The notes beneath the pieces are model-generated. The model was not told the DNA's origin, searched no databases, and saw only the letters and a program-made list of their open reading frames with translations. From Candidatus Bathyarchaeota archaeon (GTDB lineage Archaea > Thermoproteota > Bathyarchaeia > 40CM-2-53-6), in the NCBI GenBank assembly GCA_963726255.1, contig CAVSBL010000002.1, positions 448,001 to 512,000 of the forward strand: a DNA stretch of 64,000 bases. The letters are read 5' to 3'. Position numbers and translations under genes: made by a program. Of this stretch, positions 1 through 10,125 are shown in pieces (the stretch's first letter is position 1; every line of letters begins with the position of its first letter).

Positions 1-74
1 TAGGGGCTGCTTTGTTCTTCTCCCGTTAGCGTAGAGGTAATATGCGTTGGGCCATAGGCTACGTGTCGTGATTC

Positions 75-887
75 ATGTCGATGAAGGTAAGTCCGATAGT
101 CTTCCAAGCTAGTAACGTGGTCGCGGTCATCGCTGTACTCATCATGAATACGTTGGTGAACATACTGCCGCTTAACGGTGTAACGACTGGGCAAGTTTCC
201 GATTCCTATCCCAGTCTATTCACTCCACCAGGCTACGTCTTCTCTATCTGGGGCATGATCTATGCCTTTGCAGTGGTCTTCATGTTCTATCAAGCTAGAC
301 CGAGCGAACGCGCGAAAGCCTACCTGACGCAGATCAACTTCCTATACCTTATCAGCGCTATCGCCAACGTGTCCTGGCTGTTTATCTTCCAATACTCCTA
401 CGGGGTTCCACAGCTTTTCGTTATCTCACTGATCCCTATGACCGCCCTACTTCTCTGCCTAATCTCAATGTACCAGCGCTTGGGCATTGGAAGAATTCGT
501 GTGCCTCGAAACCAGAAGCTTGCTGTTCACCTGCCAATCAGTATCTATCTCGGCTGGGTCTCGCTTGCCATCATAGCCAACATTGCATCAGTCTTGAACG
601 TACTCATTCCAGGCATCCCCATGCCTACGCAGGCGCTTTGGACAGCCATCGTACTGGTCGTGGCTCTGGCGATCACAATTCTCATGGTGTGGACTCGAAG
701 CGATTTCGCGTTCGGGCTTGTAGTTATCTGGGCTTCGATCGGCATTGCGTTCAATCGAGTTGCAATCCCCGCTGTCTTCGCGACTTCAACCGTAACCGCC
801 ACCGTCGTGGCGATTCTCATCCTTGCCACACCATTCCTCAAGAAGGGGGGCTTCATTAGGTTCTACATGACAGCCAGCGGCGAGTAG
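75..887 (+). CDS. TspO/MBR-related tryptophan-rich membrane protein
   Basis: Multi-TM ORF with the motifs YPSLFTPPGYVFSIWGMIY and PISIYLGWVSLA. Confidence 0.75.
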   Translation: MSMKVSPIVFQASNVVAVIAVLIMNTLVNILPLNGVTTGQVSDSYPSLFTPPGYVFSIWGMIYAFAVVFMFYQARPSERAKAYLTQINFLYLISAIANVSWLFIFQYSYGVPQLFVISLIPMTALLLCLISMYQRLGIGRIRVPRNQKLAVHLPISIYLGWVSLAIIANIASVLNVLIPGIPMPTQALWTAIVLVVALAITILMVWTRSDFAFGLVVIWASIGIAFNRVAIPAVFATSTVTATVVAILILATPFLKKGGFIRFYMTASGE

Positions 888-934
888 GCAGGGCCACAAG
901 CCGCATTCTCATCCAATTTCACATGTAACCGCTG

Positions 935-974
935 GGCTGTTTGCGTAGTACTCATGGTGCGCACACACACAGCC
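935..974. repeat. Family-A site (tRNA CCA-end reverse complement TGGTGCG plus TG/CA-rich arm), fold-back form
   Basis: GGCTGT..TGGTGCGCACACACACAGCC, shared with about 12 other intergenic sites. Confidence 0.55.
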
Positions 975-1626
975 CTTACGGTGACAACCTCAACGGTCTG
1001 CGCACCAGCTCATAAGGTACCCAATATCCTCGCTAGTACCAGAAACCCAAGTCGGAGCTATAGAATCTGGACAAGCCAGTGGACTCTTTCGCAAACGTCT
1101 TGAATACAGCCTGAAAGAAACAGGCCTGCATGAATGCGCGACTAGCGGTATCGTGTTTTGCTGTCAGTAAAGAAGCGGTGATCGTTTTGAACCATTGAGA
1201 GATTCCCGCTAGTAAGCGGGGCAGACCTGCCGGATTTGTAACGGCGACCAACCCCTCAGATATGGAAGGAATTAGGCGAGTTTTGGAGTGCCCAGGTCAA
1301 CGTCGGATTTGTGCTCTCGCAGCAGATTATCGATGACAACAATCCAATCAGCCTATTATCTCTAGAGGTGCAGGCTGACTTGGAGGCATGAATTGAATGC
1401 TTGGTTCGAGCGGTTACGTCACGTATTCGAAATGTGGGTTGTTCTTGTTTTCACTCGGTATCCGCATCTCTTAATGATGGATCGATACTCGGAGGAAAAG
1501 GCCCAGATCATGACTAGACTGTCGAACGAGACCAGAACGAAGAACTCAAGGAGCAATAAATCCTCCCGACTTTAGACTGGCTCCTTTCTTGTGCGAATTG
1601 GAGTGCCCTGATTGAACTGACGTTCC

Positions 1627-1677
1627 GGTGTGTGTGGGTCTAGTGGTGCGAGCAGTGGAATTTGAACCGTCGTCGTT
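1627..1677 (-). repeat. Family-A site: tRNA 3' remnant (T-arm, acceptor strand, CCA) plus trailer
   Basis: Reverse complement reads GGTTCAAATTCCACTGCTCGCACCA-CTAGACCCACACACAC. Confidence 0.7.
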
Positions 1678-1744
1678 CGTAGTTAGTGAAGGTATGTAGG
1701 CGCACCAAGGGTACCAAATATGTCTGACCGCACGTGCGCGCTTC

Positions 1745-2944
1745 CTAGGTCGCCGCTGGAGTTGGTTCTTTGATTTTGAACCAGATTATGAAACCGATTA
1801 TGATAGCTAGGACTAGGTTGAGTATGAAGGGGGATTGTGGTGATATGTTGTCCCACATCCACCCACCTAGGATTGGGGACACGGCTGATGCCATGCCGGC
1901 AACGAGCGCCAGTATCCCAAACGTCTGACCGTACCTCTCTCGCCCGTAATGCAGAACAATGTGAGCGTTTAGGGCGGGCATCCACAAACTGTAGACGAAA
2001 CCAGCGAACACGGCGGATATGTACGCGAACTCAGGTCTCCAACCCAACAAAAGCGGCAGAAAACAACCAATAGCGGACCATTCACTAGCCGCCAGGAAAG
2101 GCCTCCCGCCGAGCTTGTCGAGCTTGGAACCCAACGTGAAACCCGTCAGCGCTGGGATTCCAGCGGAGATTGCCAATGCTATCCCTAACTGTTCTGGGGT
2201 AGATTTCATCTCTTTGAAAATATACAACGCCCAGAAGGGGAAGCTGATTCTCCATGCGACTGAATCGAGCGCTACTACCACCAGCAAAGGTATGAGGCTT
2301 TTGTCGGGGCGTAGGAACCCCCACCAAGACCCGGCTGCGGCTTCGGTTCGCTGGATTGGCTCTGGTTTGTAGCCCAGAGCCACGACTCCGAGAGCAGTTG
2401 CAACGAGAACGGCGGAAGTTGTGAAAATTATTTGTCTCGGGAGACCCATCGTGGTCGCTAAGAAACCCCCAAGGAGCGGTGCCAGTGTGGCGGCCGTTTC
2501 AGTTATGCCAAGGTCAATGCTGAAAATCTTTCCAAGTCCCTGCGTTGTGGTTGCGTGGCCGAGCGCCGCGTATGAAGCTGTCCCACGAATCGCCTGGTCC
2601 AAACTCACTAGCACGATGCCCGCGCCCAACAGAACCCAGTATGTGGCGAAAGAGTACGAAAAGAAACCAACCAGCGTCACGAGTCCCCCTACGAGAATGA
2701 AGGGTTTTCGCCCAATTCGATCAATCAAGACACCAATGGGCAAGCGAAGAAATGTGGCGCCCAGGCCTCCGATGGTTTGAGCTTGACCCACGAATGTTAT
2801 GCTAACCCCGATGGCGACGATTAACGGCGCGACGGAGGGAGAGCTGAAGCCAACCGCGAACCCGAAAAGCCCATCCACCATTATCAGGAGTAAGATCTCA
2901 CCCCTGAACAAACTAGGCCGAGCAATTGGGCTCGTCGGATACAC
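1745..2944 (-). CDS. MFS transporter
   Basis: About 12 TM segments; motif A GVLIDRIGRK. Confidence 0.9.
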   Translation of the reverse strand: MYPTSPIARPSLFRGEILLLIMVDGLFGFAVGFSSPSVAPLIVAIGVSITFVGQAQTIGGLGATFLRLPIGVLIDRIGRKPFILVGGLVTLVGFFSYSFATYWVLLGAGIVLVSLDQAIRGTASYAALGHATTTQGLGKIFSIDLGITETAATLAPLLGGFLATTMGLPRQIIFTTSAVLVATALGVVALGYKPEPIQRTEAAAGSWWGFLRPDKSLIPLLVVVALDSVAWRISFPFWALYIFKEMKSTPEQLGIALAISAGIPALTGFTLGSKLDKLGGRPFLAASEWSAIGCFLPLLLGWRPEFAYISAVFAGFVYSLWMPALNAHIVLHYGRERYGQTFGILALVAGMASAVSPILGGWMWDNISPQSPFILNLVLAIIIGFIIWFKIKEPTPAAT

Positions 2945-3164
2945 CCCGAAGCAAACTCGGACACGAAGAGACTATTTCTGGATGTCCACTCATTGCCGGC
3001 AGCGATTTCGAACGTAAAAGAACCGGGCAATGCGGGCTCTGTTCGGTTTATGGCTGTTCGTGTCGGTTGTTCGGCATCGGCGGATGTTTATTCAGAGTTT
3101 TTCATGTCACGCGCCCACATTATACTATATAGTCTTCGAATGAGAAGTAACAGGGAGAGGAAAC

Positions 3165-3497
3165 ATGAAGATTGATGGAGTCGCGTTCTCCATAACCGAG
3201 TGGAGTGCAGTTGAGCCTGTTGAACATAGGGGAGAGAAGGGTTCAGCCTATTGGCGCACGTTGGAGACCGGAAACGTGCGCGTTCGAATCGTCGAATACT
3301 CCCCTGGGTACGTTGCGGATCATTGGTGCACTAGGGGACATGTGCTCTTGGTTCTGGAGGGAGAGTTAGTCACGGAGTTGAAGGATGGAAGAAAATTCAC
3401 GCTGAAACCTGGTTGCAGCTACCAAGTCGCAGACGACGAAAGAAATCCACACAAGTCAAGTACAGAGAAGGGCGCCAAACTGTTCATCGTCGACTAG
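3165..3497 (+). CDS. DHCW-motif cupin protein
   Basis: YSPGYVADHWCTRGHVLLVLEGEL. Confidence 0.9.
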   Translation: MKIDGVAFSITEWSAVEPVEHRGEKGSAYWRTLETGNVRVRIVEYSPGYVADHWCTRGHVLLVLEGELVTELKDGRKFTLKPGCSYQVADDERNPHKSSTEKGAKLFIVD

Positions 3498-3615
3498 GCT
3501 GTGTGTGCTCTATCTGGTGTGACTGAATGTTCGTTAGAGCCACTGAGCATAACAATCTTTAAACTAATTATGACTAGCCACAATCCATTGAGACAGCTCG
3601 GGGAAAAAAGCAGGG

Positions 3616-4401
3616 TTGAACGGTTTTAACCGGAAAATACTATTGAACTTGGTCTTTGTCTCAATTGTACTCCTTGCCTTTTCCACTTTGCTGGGGAGCG
3701 CGTTCGGTCAGGTAGACTGCCCACCTGGATCACCGGGATTCCCGAATTGTGATTCGGGCGGTTTGCTGAGAGATGTCCTGACCTCTGTGCTGACACTTCT
3801 AGTTGTTCTCAACCCTGTAGTTGGACTGGTGTATTTCTCAGGCCTTACAGCTGGTTCGACCGTCCGTCAGAAGCAATTGATCGCAAACCGGGCTTCAGTC
3901 GTTGTTATCGTTCTGCTCTTGTTCTTCGCCTACCTAGGGGACGGAATACTAGCCGCACTAGGCATCACTTTGCATTACATTATGATCGCCGGAGGACTAT
4001 TCATTCTAATCTTCGCGATCAAGGACGCGCTTGGGGGTGCGTCCATTTCGGAGCATATGGATGAATCTGCGACCCCAAGCGGAGGTCAACTGTCTGATGC
4101 AGACGCGGAACGCATTGCCATCATACCGCTCGCGGTACCAGTGCTTGCTGGCCCAGGAGCGATGGCCGCAGTTATGATTTTGAATGATTTGCAATTCGGT
4201 TTCGTGGCGACCGGCATCGCCGTCGTAATCGATGCTACAATATGCTGGGTTACCATGCGGTTGAGCAGCAGGATTTTGAGTGCGGTTAGGCCCTCCTTCT
4301 TGACGATTGTGGGAAAGGTGATGGATATACTTGTCAGCGGTGTAGCCGTTGCATTCCTCATTCGAGGAATTACCGGAGCCTTGGGCATAAGTTTCGTTTG
4401 A
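3616..4401 (+). CDS. MarC family membrane protein with N-terminal extension
   Basis: VVLNPV and IAIIPLAVPVLAGPGAMAAVM motifs. Confidence 0.85.
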   Translation: MNGFNRKILLNLVFVSIVLLAFSTLLGSAFGQVDCPPGSPGFPNCDSGGLLRDVLTSVLTLLVVLNPVVGLVYFSGLTAGSTVRQKQLIANRASVVVIVLLLFFAYLGDGILAALGITLHYIMIAGGLFILIFAIKDALGGASISEHMDESATPSGGQLSDADAERIAIIPLAVPVLAGPGAMAAVMILNDLQFGFVATGIAVVIDATICWVTMRLSSRILSAVRPSFLTIVGKVMDILVSGVAVAFLIRGITGALGISFV

Positions 4402-4500
4402 GGCACACATAATTTGCGAGTGTGGGGGTAAAAGGATTGCACAGCAGCAGAAAATTGAAGAAGATTGAATGTGTACTGAATATGTATCGCACGTGAGAAA

Positions 4501-4817
4501 ATGGTAGACAGGGCATACAAAAAGGACCTACCTGCACTGAGGAACGCTCTTGAGGAATTACGAGAGAGCTTTTCCAATCTTAGTTCTAAGACAGATTGGA
4601 CTAAACTGAGAATTGAACCGTTGCTGAAACATTTGCGATCACTGGACAGTTGTTGGAATCAGGAGAGTTTTCAGGAGAATTTTCACGATTGACAAAAGGA
4701 GTTGAGTTATTTCATTCCGACTTGGTGTATCTTAGAACAAATATCAGAGGGTTGGAAAAGGTTCTTCAGTCTGAGAAGAAATTTCTGGGGCGAAAAAACA
4801 AAAAAAGAAGCGGTTGA
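4501..4817 (+). pseudogene. Hypothetical protein with a single-base frameshift near 4645
   Basis: ORF 4501-4692 continues in another frame (LLESGEFSGEFSRLTKGVELFHSDLVYLRTN...) to TGA at 4817. Confidence 0.5.
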
Positions 4818-4843
4818 GCAGCACGTCCCATTCACCGGTCACC

Positions 4844-4882
4844 TTTCGTGTGTGTGGTGCGGTCTCGTGGTGCGCACACACA
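4844..4882. repeat. Family-A site, fold-back form
   Basis: TTTCGTGTGTGTGGTGCGGTCTCGTGGTGCGCACACAC. Confidence 0.65.
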
Positions 4883-4937
4883 ACCCTCAAGAGCCCAGTA
4901 ATCGTCCCTGAAGATGCGAGGAGAAACATGTCAGAGC

Positions 4938-5087
4938 GAACTTGAGAAAGCGGTCGAACTGATTGAAGCGGAATACTCGAGAGGCGCAGATTGGCTGGGC
5001 GAAATCGCATATGACCCATTGTACGCTGCGGTCTCCGATGACCCCCGAGTCAAATCGATTCTAAGGAAGCTAGGGATTGCTCTCTAA
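4938..5087 (+). pseudogene. C-terminal fragment of a TolB-like/TPR protein
   Basis: ELEKAVELIE...DPLYAAVSDDPRVKSILRKLG resembles the C-terminus of 7414-8967 (SPLFAQARADPRYPELVERI). Confidence 0.6.
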
Positions 5088-5124
5088 GCTTCTTATTTCC
5101 CCACATCATGTGCGGAGCTTTGCA

Positions 5125-5150
5125 TGTGTGTGCGCACCATTAGACCCCCC
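5125..5150 (+). repeat. Family-A site, inverted orientation
   Basis: TGTGTGTGCGCACCATTAGACCCC. Confidence 0.65.
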
Positions 5151-5219
5151 AAGGACAGGAAATATCATGAAATCATAAAATCACAAAAATAGAAAGAGAA
5201 TAGACACCGCATGAATGAC

Positions 5220-5534
5220 TTAGGCGAGGGCTAGAGGAATTACCTTCTCGGTTGGCAGGGCCGGAGACGTCTTATGGCGTGTGAAGAATCCTGGCATCGC
5301 TTTTGTCCAAAGAAGTTGGGCGTTGAATGCGGCTTCTTCATTCTCGGCTTCGAATATTGTTACGCCCCAAGATGGGATGCTCGGAGTTATGTACCAGGCG
5401 ATGACTTTGACTCCCTTTGTAGGCCACTTACCTGATTGGGCCAGTTGGGCTCCTATCTTCGCAATTTCCTTGATGTCTTTGTCGGGATTCAATTCCCAAT
5501 AGGTCATCATTAACATAGCTTTCACCTCCTTCAA
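5220..5534 (-). CDS. DUF3303-like small protein
   Basis: MMTYWEL..KWPTKGVKVIAWY..GVTIFEAENEEA; start probably the ATG near 5516. Confidence 0.65.
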   Translation of the reverse strand: MKEVKAMLMMTYWELNPDKDIKEIAKIGAQLAQSGKWPTKGVKVIAWYITPSIPSWGVTIFEAENEEAAFNAQLLWTKAMPGFFTRHKTSPALPTEKVIPLALA

Positions 5535-5557
5535 ACTTAATGTTAGGGAGTTCCACG

Positions 5558-6034
5558 CTAGGTTTTCGCTTCAGCTCTCCTCGCTAGGATTTGTCTGATT
5601 TCGATTGGGAGCTGAGGCTCGTAGCTCACTTGAAGCATCCACCGTAGTAAGTCGCGTTCCGAAACGAGACCGACAAGTTCCTCTCCATCGATGACTGGGA
5701 GCCTTCGGATACCGTGCTTAGCCATAAGATAAACGGCTTTGTCTATAGAAGTGCCCGGGGTTGCAGTAATAAGCGGACCTGACATTACTCGCCTCACTGG
5801 GGTTATCAGAAGATTCGAGCTCTTCGCAACTCTTCGAGACACATCACGTTCCGTGACAATTCCTACAGGTTTCTTACCTTCGACAACTACCACACACCCG
5901 ATGTTTTTCTTGACGATCTTCTTGAGCGCGTATTGAAGAAGGTCGGTCGGTTTCACGGTTTCAACGGGGCTAACCATTACCGATTCTACGCAGTCAACAA
6001 AACTTCCAGGCTCTCTCTTCCTCATCACGCGCAT
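5558..6034 (-). CDS. CBS-domain pair protein
   Basis: VVVVEGKKPVGIVTERD and IRRLPVIDGEELVGLVSERD. Confidence 0.92.
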   Translation of the reverse strand: MRVMRKREPGSFVDCVESVMVSPVETVKPTDLLQYALKKIVKKNIGCVVVVEGKKPVGIVTERDVSRRVAKSSNLLITPVRRVMSGPLITATPGTSIDKAVYLMAKHGIRRLPVIDGEELVGLVSERDLLRWMLQVSYEPQLPIEIRQILARRAEAKT

Positions 6035-6121
6035 CCCAACTACGGCCCAACACCTTCAGGTATTACTTCTAAGAGTTGCCGTATGTTACTTTCTTACTCG
6101 CAGCGGCGACGGAGATACGAC

Positions 6122-6292
6122 TTTTTCGTGGTGCGTGTGCGCACCGACCTACCCACATCCACTAAAACACGCCTCCGGACTCCATGAATAGAACATGGGA
6201 TTCAGGAGTTGGAAAGCTTATCCGCTCTTTGCATCGTTATTTCACTGTTTAGTCAAGGCTTCCCTGTGCCCCTAACGGGGCGCACACACACT
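6122..6292. repeat. Two family-A sites (6122-6155 and 6266-6292)
   Basis: TTTTCGTGGTGCGTGTGCGCACC; TGTGCCCCTAACGGGGCGCACACACAC (compare 44698 TGTGTGCCCCTAACGGTGCG). Confidence 0.55.
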
Positions 6293-6371
6293 TTCAAGAC
6301 ATGAAGGACGACGGTCCGAATTACGAGGGGGGCACCAGGTAACGCCGGGGTCGTCCCTGTTCAACAGCCCA

Positions 6372-7073
6372 TCACTTGGCCAGGGATACCAGGTCCTTGG
6401 CCAGCTCTTCAGGTTTCGTAATCATCGGCCAATGAGCTGTTTCAATGAGATTGTAGGGGCCTTCCAGCTTTCCCCACTTCCCGGCAATTATCTCGTCGAC
6501 TGGGTCCCCGCTGAGACTGCAGAAGACGTATGCCTCCTTCACCTCGTCGTAGTTCTTTGACAGCGTGATCGGGTCGGTCGCAAGTCTAATCGGCCAGGGT
6601 GTCGCCATGGACATCATCCATTTTCGGTTTGAGCCTCTGACATCCTTTCCGATGCGGTCGATAATCTCCTCGGTGAGTGGAATTGCAGTACCGCCCTGGG
6701 GCGGAGACCCGAACTCGCGCGTAGGGTCGAACCCACCCTGCGGCGTCCTCACCTTCTCTGGTCGGAATGCATCAACGTAGATGACCGTCTCTACCTTTTG
6801 GTGTACGCGGTCCGCCACGGCGGCCACCACTTTGCCCGCAAAGCTGTGCCCCACCAGAACGCAAGCGTCAAGATCGTTGTACTTGATCACGTTGATGACA
6901 TCCTGGATGGCGGTCTCCATGCCGACATCTTTCGTGGCAAGGTGGACCCTTTCGCCCATTCCAGTCAATGTGACTGGATAGGCAGAATGACCCTCTTTCT
7001 CGAGGAGTGGAGTTACCTCCTTCCAGGCCCACGCCCCCAACCATGCGCCTGGAACTAGCACGAATCTTACCAT
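6372..7073 (-). CDS. Alpha/beta hydrolase (methylesterase/SABP2-like)
   Basis: FVLVPGAWLGAWAW, GHSFAG nucleophile elbow, HWPM; start set at ATG 7073. Confidence 0.9.
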   Translation of the reverse strand: MVRFVLVPGAWLGAWAWKEVTPLLEKEGHSAYPVTLTGMGERVHLATKDVGMETAIQDVINVIKYNDLDACVLVGHSFAGKVVAAVADRVHQKVETVIYVDAFRPEKVRTPQGGFDPTREFGSPPQGGTAIPLTEEIIDRIGKDVRGSNRKWMMSMATPWPIRLATDPITLSKNYDEVKEAYVFCSLSGDPVDEIIAGKWGKLEGPYNLIETAHWPMITKPEELAKDLVSLAK

Positions 7074-7229
7074 GGGGACCCTTGGGGATAGCTCGCTACA
7101 TAAGTCTCTCGAATGTAACCTCTGGTCAGAGGGTTGTGTGAAAATAATGCACGAGGGAATCCAACCGTGTTCTCGTGGCATATGACATCATACGCATGGT
7201 GTCGAATCACACCTCACTCGCAAAGCCGA

Positions 7230-7255
7230 GTGTGTGTGGGTCTATTGGTGCGCCG
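7230..7255 (-). repeat. Family-A site
   Basis: GTGTGTGTGGGTCTATTGGTGCG. Confidence 0.7.
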
Positions 7256-7413
7256 CCCCCGCCGCGGGCTTAATGACCTTGACGACGCCGACGAAGACGA
7301 ACGATTACGACGACGCTAATACGAACGACGACATGATTGCTTACGAACGACAAGAACTCTTCAACGAGAACCTACAGAACAGTTCTTCATTGCGTATGAG
7401 TATGAAGTGACTG

Positions 7414-8967
7414 TTGAACAATCGAGTCTCTCGGGTGCGAGTTGAGGAAAGGCTCTATATCAACCGGCTCGGCTATCTTAGCCGAATACGACATCAGGTA
7501 ACCGTGAACCCTTTGCAACCAGCCGACTTCGCCCGGTCGAAGAGCTTCATCCCACCCGCATTCTCCTCAACGAAGCCGACGCTTGATAAGAACAGGGTTG
7601 CAGTCCTGCCGTTACAAAACATGAGCCCCGACCCCGCAGATGAATACTTCGCGGATGGCATGACTGAGGAGCTGATTGACAGACTTTCCCAAGTGAAGAG
7701 TCTACAGGTCATAGCTCGAACGTCGGTGATGAATTACAAGAAGAAAGAGAAGAATGTCTCCGAAATTGCAAAGGAGCTTAGCGTGGGTTCAGTGGTTGAA
7801 GGTAGCGTGAGGAAAGCGGGCAACCGGGTCAGAGTCACAGTTCAGCTAATCAGCGCAGAGACCGAGGCGCACCTGTGGTCCTCCCACTACGACAAGAATC
7901 TGGACGACATCTTCGCTGTCCAGAGCGAAATAGCGGAGAAGGTGGTTGGCGAGCTGAAGACCCAACTACTCGACTCTGAGAAAAGGACCCTAGAAAAGAA
8001 GCCGACCGAGAACACGGAGGCGTACACCTGCTTCCTGCGGGGTAGGGAGCTGTACAATGAGGAGACTGAGACCTCGTTTAGGCAGGCCCTCAGCCTCTTC
8101 GAGAAGGCCATCGTGCTGGATCCCAAGTTCGCGAAGGCCTACGTGGGAGTCGCAGACTGCCACCAATCGCTTGTTGGAAGCGGATGCGAGCCCGATGACA
8201 TCGGACTCCCAATTGTGAACACCTCGCTGGAGCGCGCCATTGAACTCGACCCGAACCTTCCGGAGGCCCACGCATCACTCTGCGGGATGTTCTTCAACGC
8301 GGACGACTCCGTGCGGTCGGAGGCAGAGGCGAGGAGGACTTTGGAGCTCAACCCCAGCCTCCCAGACCCCCACAATATCCTAAGCGAGCTAGCTGCGCTC
8401 AAAGGGGACCAAGGAGAGATGGTCAAACAAATGGAGGCAGCGTACCGACTCGACCCCATCAGGCCCCACCTCATCTGGCTTCTCGGGATGGTGTACCTCT
8501 ATACTGGGAAGGAGGAGGAGGCGCTTGAGCTCTGGAAGAAGACAGAGCAGTTGGCGCCGGCGCCCAGGTACAGAGGCATGGTTGAGTACTACCTGGCCAA
8601 GAGGGAGCTCGACAAGGCTAAGGAGTTCCACGCGAAAGCCGAGAAGCTTGAACCCACCCGTCCCTGGCTCTTCTGGACGAGTGGAGTCATCGCGGCCATA
8701 GAAGGCGACAGGGAGAAGGCGCTGCTCGCGTTCAAGAAGATTGAGGACGCCAAGATGGGCCCGATGGGCTTCAACTTCATCGGGTACGTCCATTATGCCC
8801 TCGGAGACCTGAACTCATTCTTCGCGTACATGGATAAGGCCCTCGAAGCCCATGCACTAGTTACCCTAATACTGATGTACTCGCCGCTCTTCGCTCAGGC
8901 AAGAGCCGACCCACGATATCCGGAACTGGTCGAGAGAATCCGGAAGCAGTGTGGCCTAACGAAATAG
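7414..8967 (+). CDS. TolB-like domain plus TPR protein; the adenylate/guanylate cyclase N-domain usual in this family is absent (possibly 5'-truncated)
   Basis: RVAVLPLQNMSPDPADEYFADGMTEELI, VEGSVRKAGNRVRVTVQLI, TPR repeats; true start uncertain. Confidence 0.8.
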   Translation: MNNRVSRVRVEERLYINRLGYLSRIRHQVTVNPLQPADFARSKSFIPPAFSSTKPTLDKNRVAVLPLQNMSPDPADEYFADGMTEELIDRLSQVKSLQVIARTSVMNYKKKEKNVSEIAKELSVGSVVEGSVRKAGNRVRVTVQLISAETEAHLWSSHYDKNLDDIFAVQSEIAEKVVGELKTQLLDSEKRTLEKKPTENTEAYTCFLRGRELYNEETETSFRQALSLFEKAIVLDPKFAKAYVGVADCHQSLVGSGCEPDDIGLPIVNTSLERAIELDPNLPEAHASLCGMFFNADDSVRSEAEARRTLELNPSLPDPHNILSELAALKGDQGEMVKQMEAAYRLDPIRPHLIWLLGMVYLYTGKEEEALELWKKTEQLAPAPRYRGMVEYYLAKRELDKAKEFHAKAEKLEPTRPWLFWTSGVIAAIEGDREKALLAFKKIEDAKMGPMGFNFIGYVHYALGDLNSFFAYMDKALEAHALVTLILMYSPLFAQARADPRYPELVERIRKQCGLTK

Positions 8968-9091
8968 AAGTCGCGTTTAGTCTAGTGACTGTAGAACCTT
9001 CAACCAACCGTTCTACCGCTTGGCCTTCTGCATTATGATTTGATTGTCCGTTAGCGATATCAGCACGGTATCACCGGCTTTTAGAGTAAGA

Positions 9092-9125
9092 GGGTCTAAT
9101 GGTGCGGGCTACCAAAATTGAACCG
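9092..9125 (-). repeat. Family-A site
   Basis: GGGTCTAATGGTGCGGGCTACCAAAATTGAACCG. Confidence 0.7.
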
Positions 9126-9156
9126 AAAGTTCCGGTAGTTTTCAGTGGAAGAAGTT

Positions 9157-9171
9157 GTGCGGCCGCCGGGA
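9157..9171 (-). repeat. 15-bp copy of the tRNA-Gly 3' end (candidate att)
   Basis: GTGCGGCCGCCGGGA is identical to 52772-52786. Confidence 0.65.
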
Positions 9172-9210
9172 CTCCCTAGTCGACTTTGTGAGACTCGATA
9201 GGTGCCGTTG

Positions 9211-10125
9211 TTAGAAGCCGAAGTATTCGTCTGGAATGAATTTTGCATCCGGGTCGATGCATCTTTTGATCAGGTCCATCGGCAGGAAGCAATTCTCTTC
9301 TTCAAAGAACTCAGCTTCGAACTCCCTTCGAAACCGGTCTCGGGGAATCCTACGCCGCATCTCCTCAACGAAATCAGTTGTGGTTAGGCCAGCTTTGATT
9401 ACGTCGTCGATGCTGATCTTGTGGACCTTGAAGGCTGGGTCTTGTGTGAACTGGTAGAAGACCGAGTTCTTTACCCAGGGTGTGGATGAGGCGATTAATG
9501 TGCCCTGGGTGGTTTGGAGCATGGGAAAGAGCACGCTGTAGAACATCGTCTCGTCATCACGAAAGAAGGCGCACTCGTCGCAGATGCATTGATTTGCGCT
9601 GTAACCCCGCAGCAAGTTCGTGGAGCAGGGCAGAGCGATGATTTGCGAGCCATTCTTGAACCATATGACAGTTCGCTGTATCTTCCCGATGTACTCTCTG
9701 CGAATTGGTCGGGGCATAGCCATCAGGAAGGAGTGGACCCGGTCCATCATGATCATGCTTTGCCGAAACCCAGGGGCGACGATGAGCGTCACGGTCTTGG
9801 AGTTTCTGCATGCGAACCAGATGGCCCTAGCTGCGATCGTCATGGACTTTCCCGATTGCCGTGGGTAAATGACAACGATTCGCTTCCCTGTCTCCCGGAG
9901 AAGCTTGGCTTGGTATTCGGCCGGATTGAATTTCAACGCCTTCTGAGCGAAAAGAACAGGGTCCTCAAGGTCCTGTTCCGAAAGCTGCTCAAATGGTGAT
10001 GAGCCTTCTCCAGGATCCTTCCCTGCGACGATCCTCTCGAAGGCTATTCTACGCCTTTCCTGTAGCCGTTTTTGCTTGTTCTTCGAGCTGTCTGGTAGCT
10101 TCCTCAAATGCCCTCTGCTCCTCAC
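9211..10125 (-). CDS. Terminase large-subunit-like ATPase domain (no nuclease domain)
   Basis: YQ motif, Walker A PRQSGKS, Walker B ICDECAF, motif III ASSTP, FRREFEAEF. Confidence 0.85.
   Translation of the reverse strand: MRSRGHLRKLPDSSKNKQKRLQERRRIAFERIVAGKDPGEGSSPFEQLSEQDLEDPVLFAQKALKFNPAEYQAKLLRETGKRIVVIYPRQSGKSMTIAARAIWFACRNSKTVTLIVAPGFRQSMIMMDRVHSFLMAMPRPIRREYIGKIQRTVIWFKNGSQIIALPCSTNLLRGYSANQCICDECAFFRDDETMFYSVLFPMLQTTQGTLIASSTPWVKNSVFYQFTQDPAFKVHKISIDDVIKAGLTTTDFVEEMRRRIPRDRFRREFEAEFFEEENCFLPMDLIKRCIDPDAKFIPDEYFGF

Noticed and set aside
4630-4660. Frameshift in the 4501 ORF (and in YkgJ near 27848) as an intron or programmed frameshift
   Set aside because: One-base loss with no BHB or obvious slippery site
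7275-7385. ACGA-rich low-complexity tract
   Set aside because: No regular period or convincing ORF; no function can be supported
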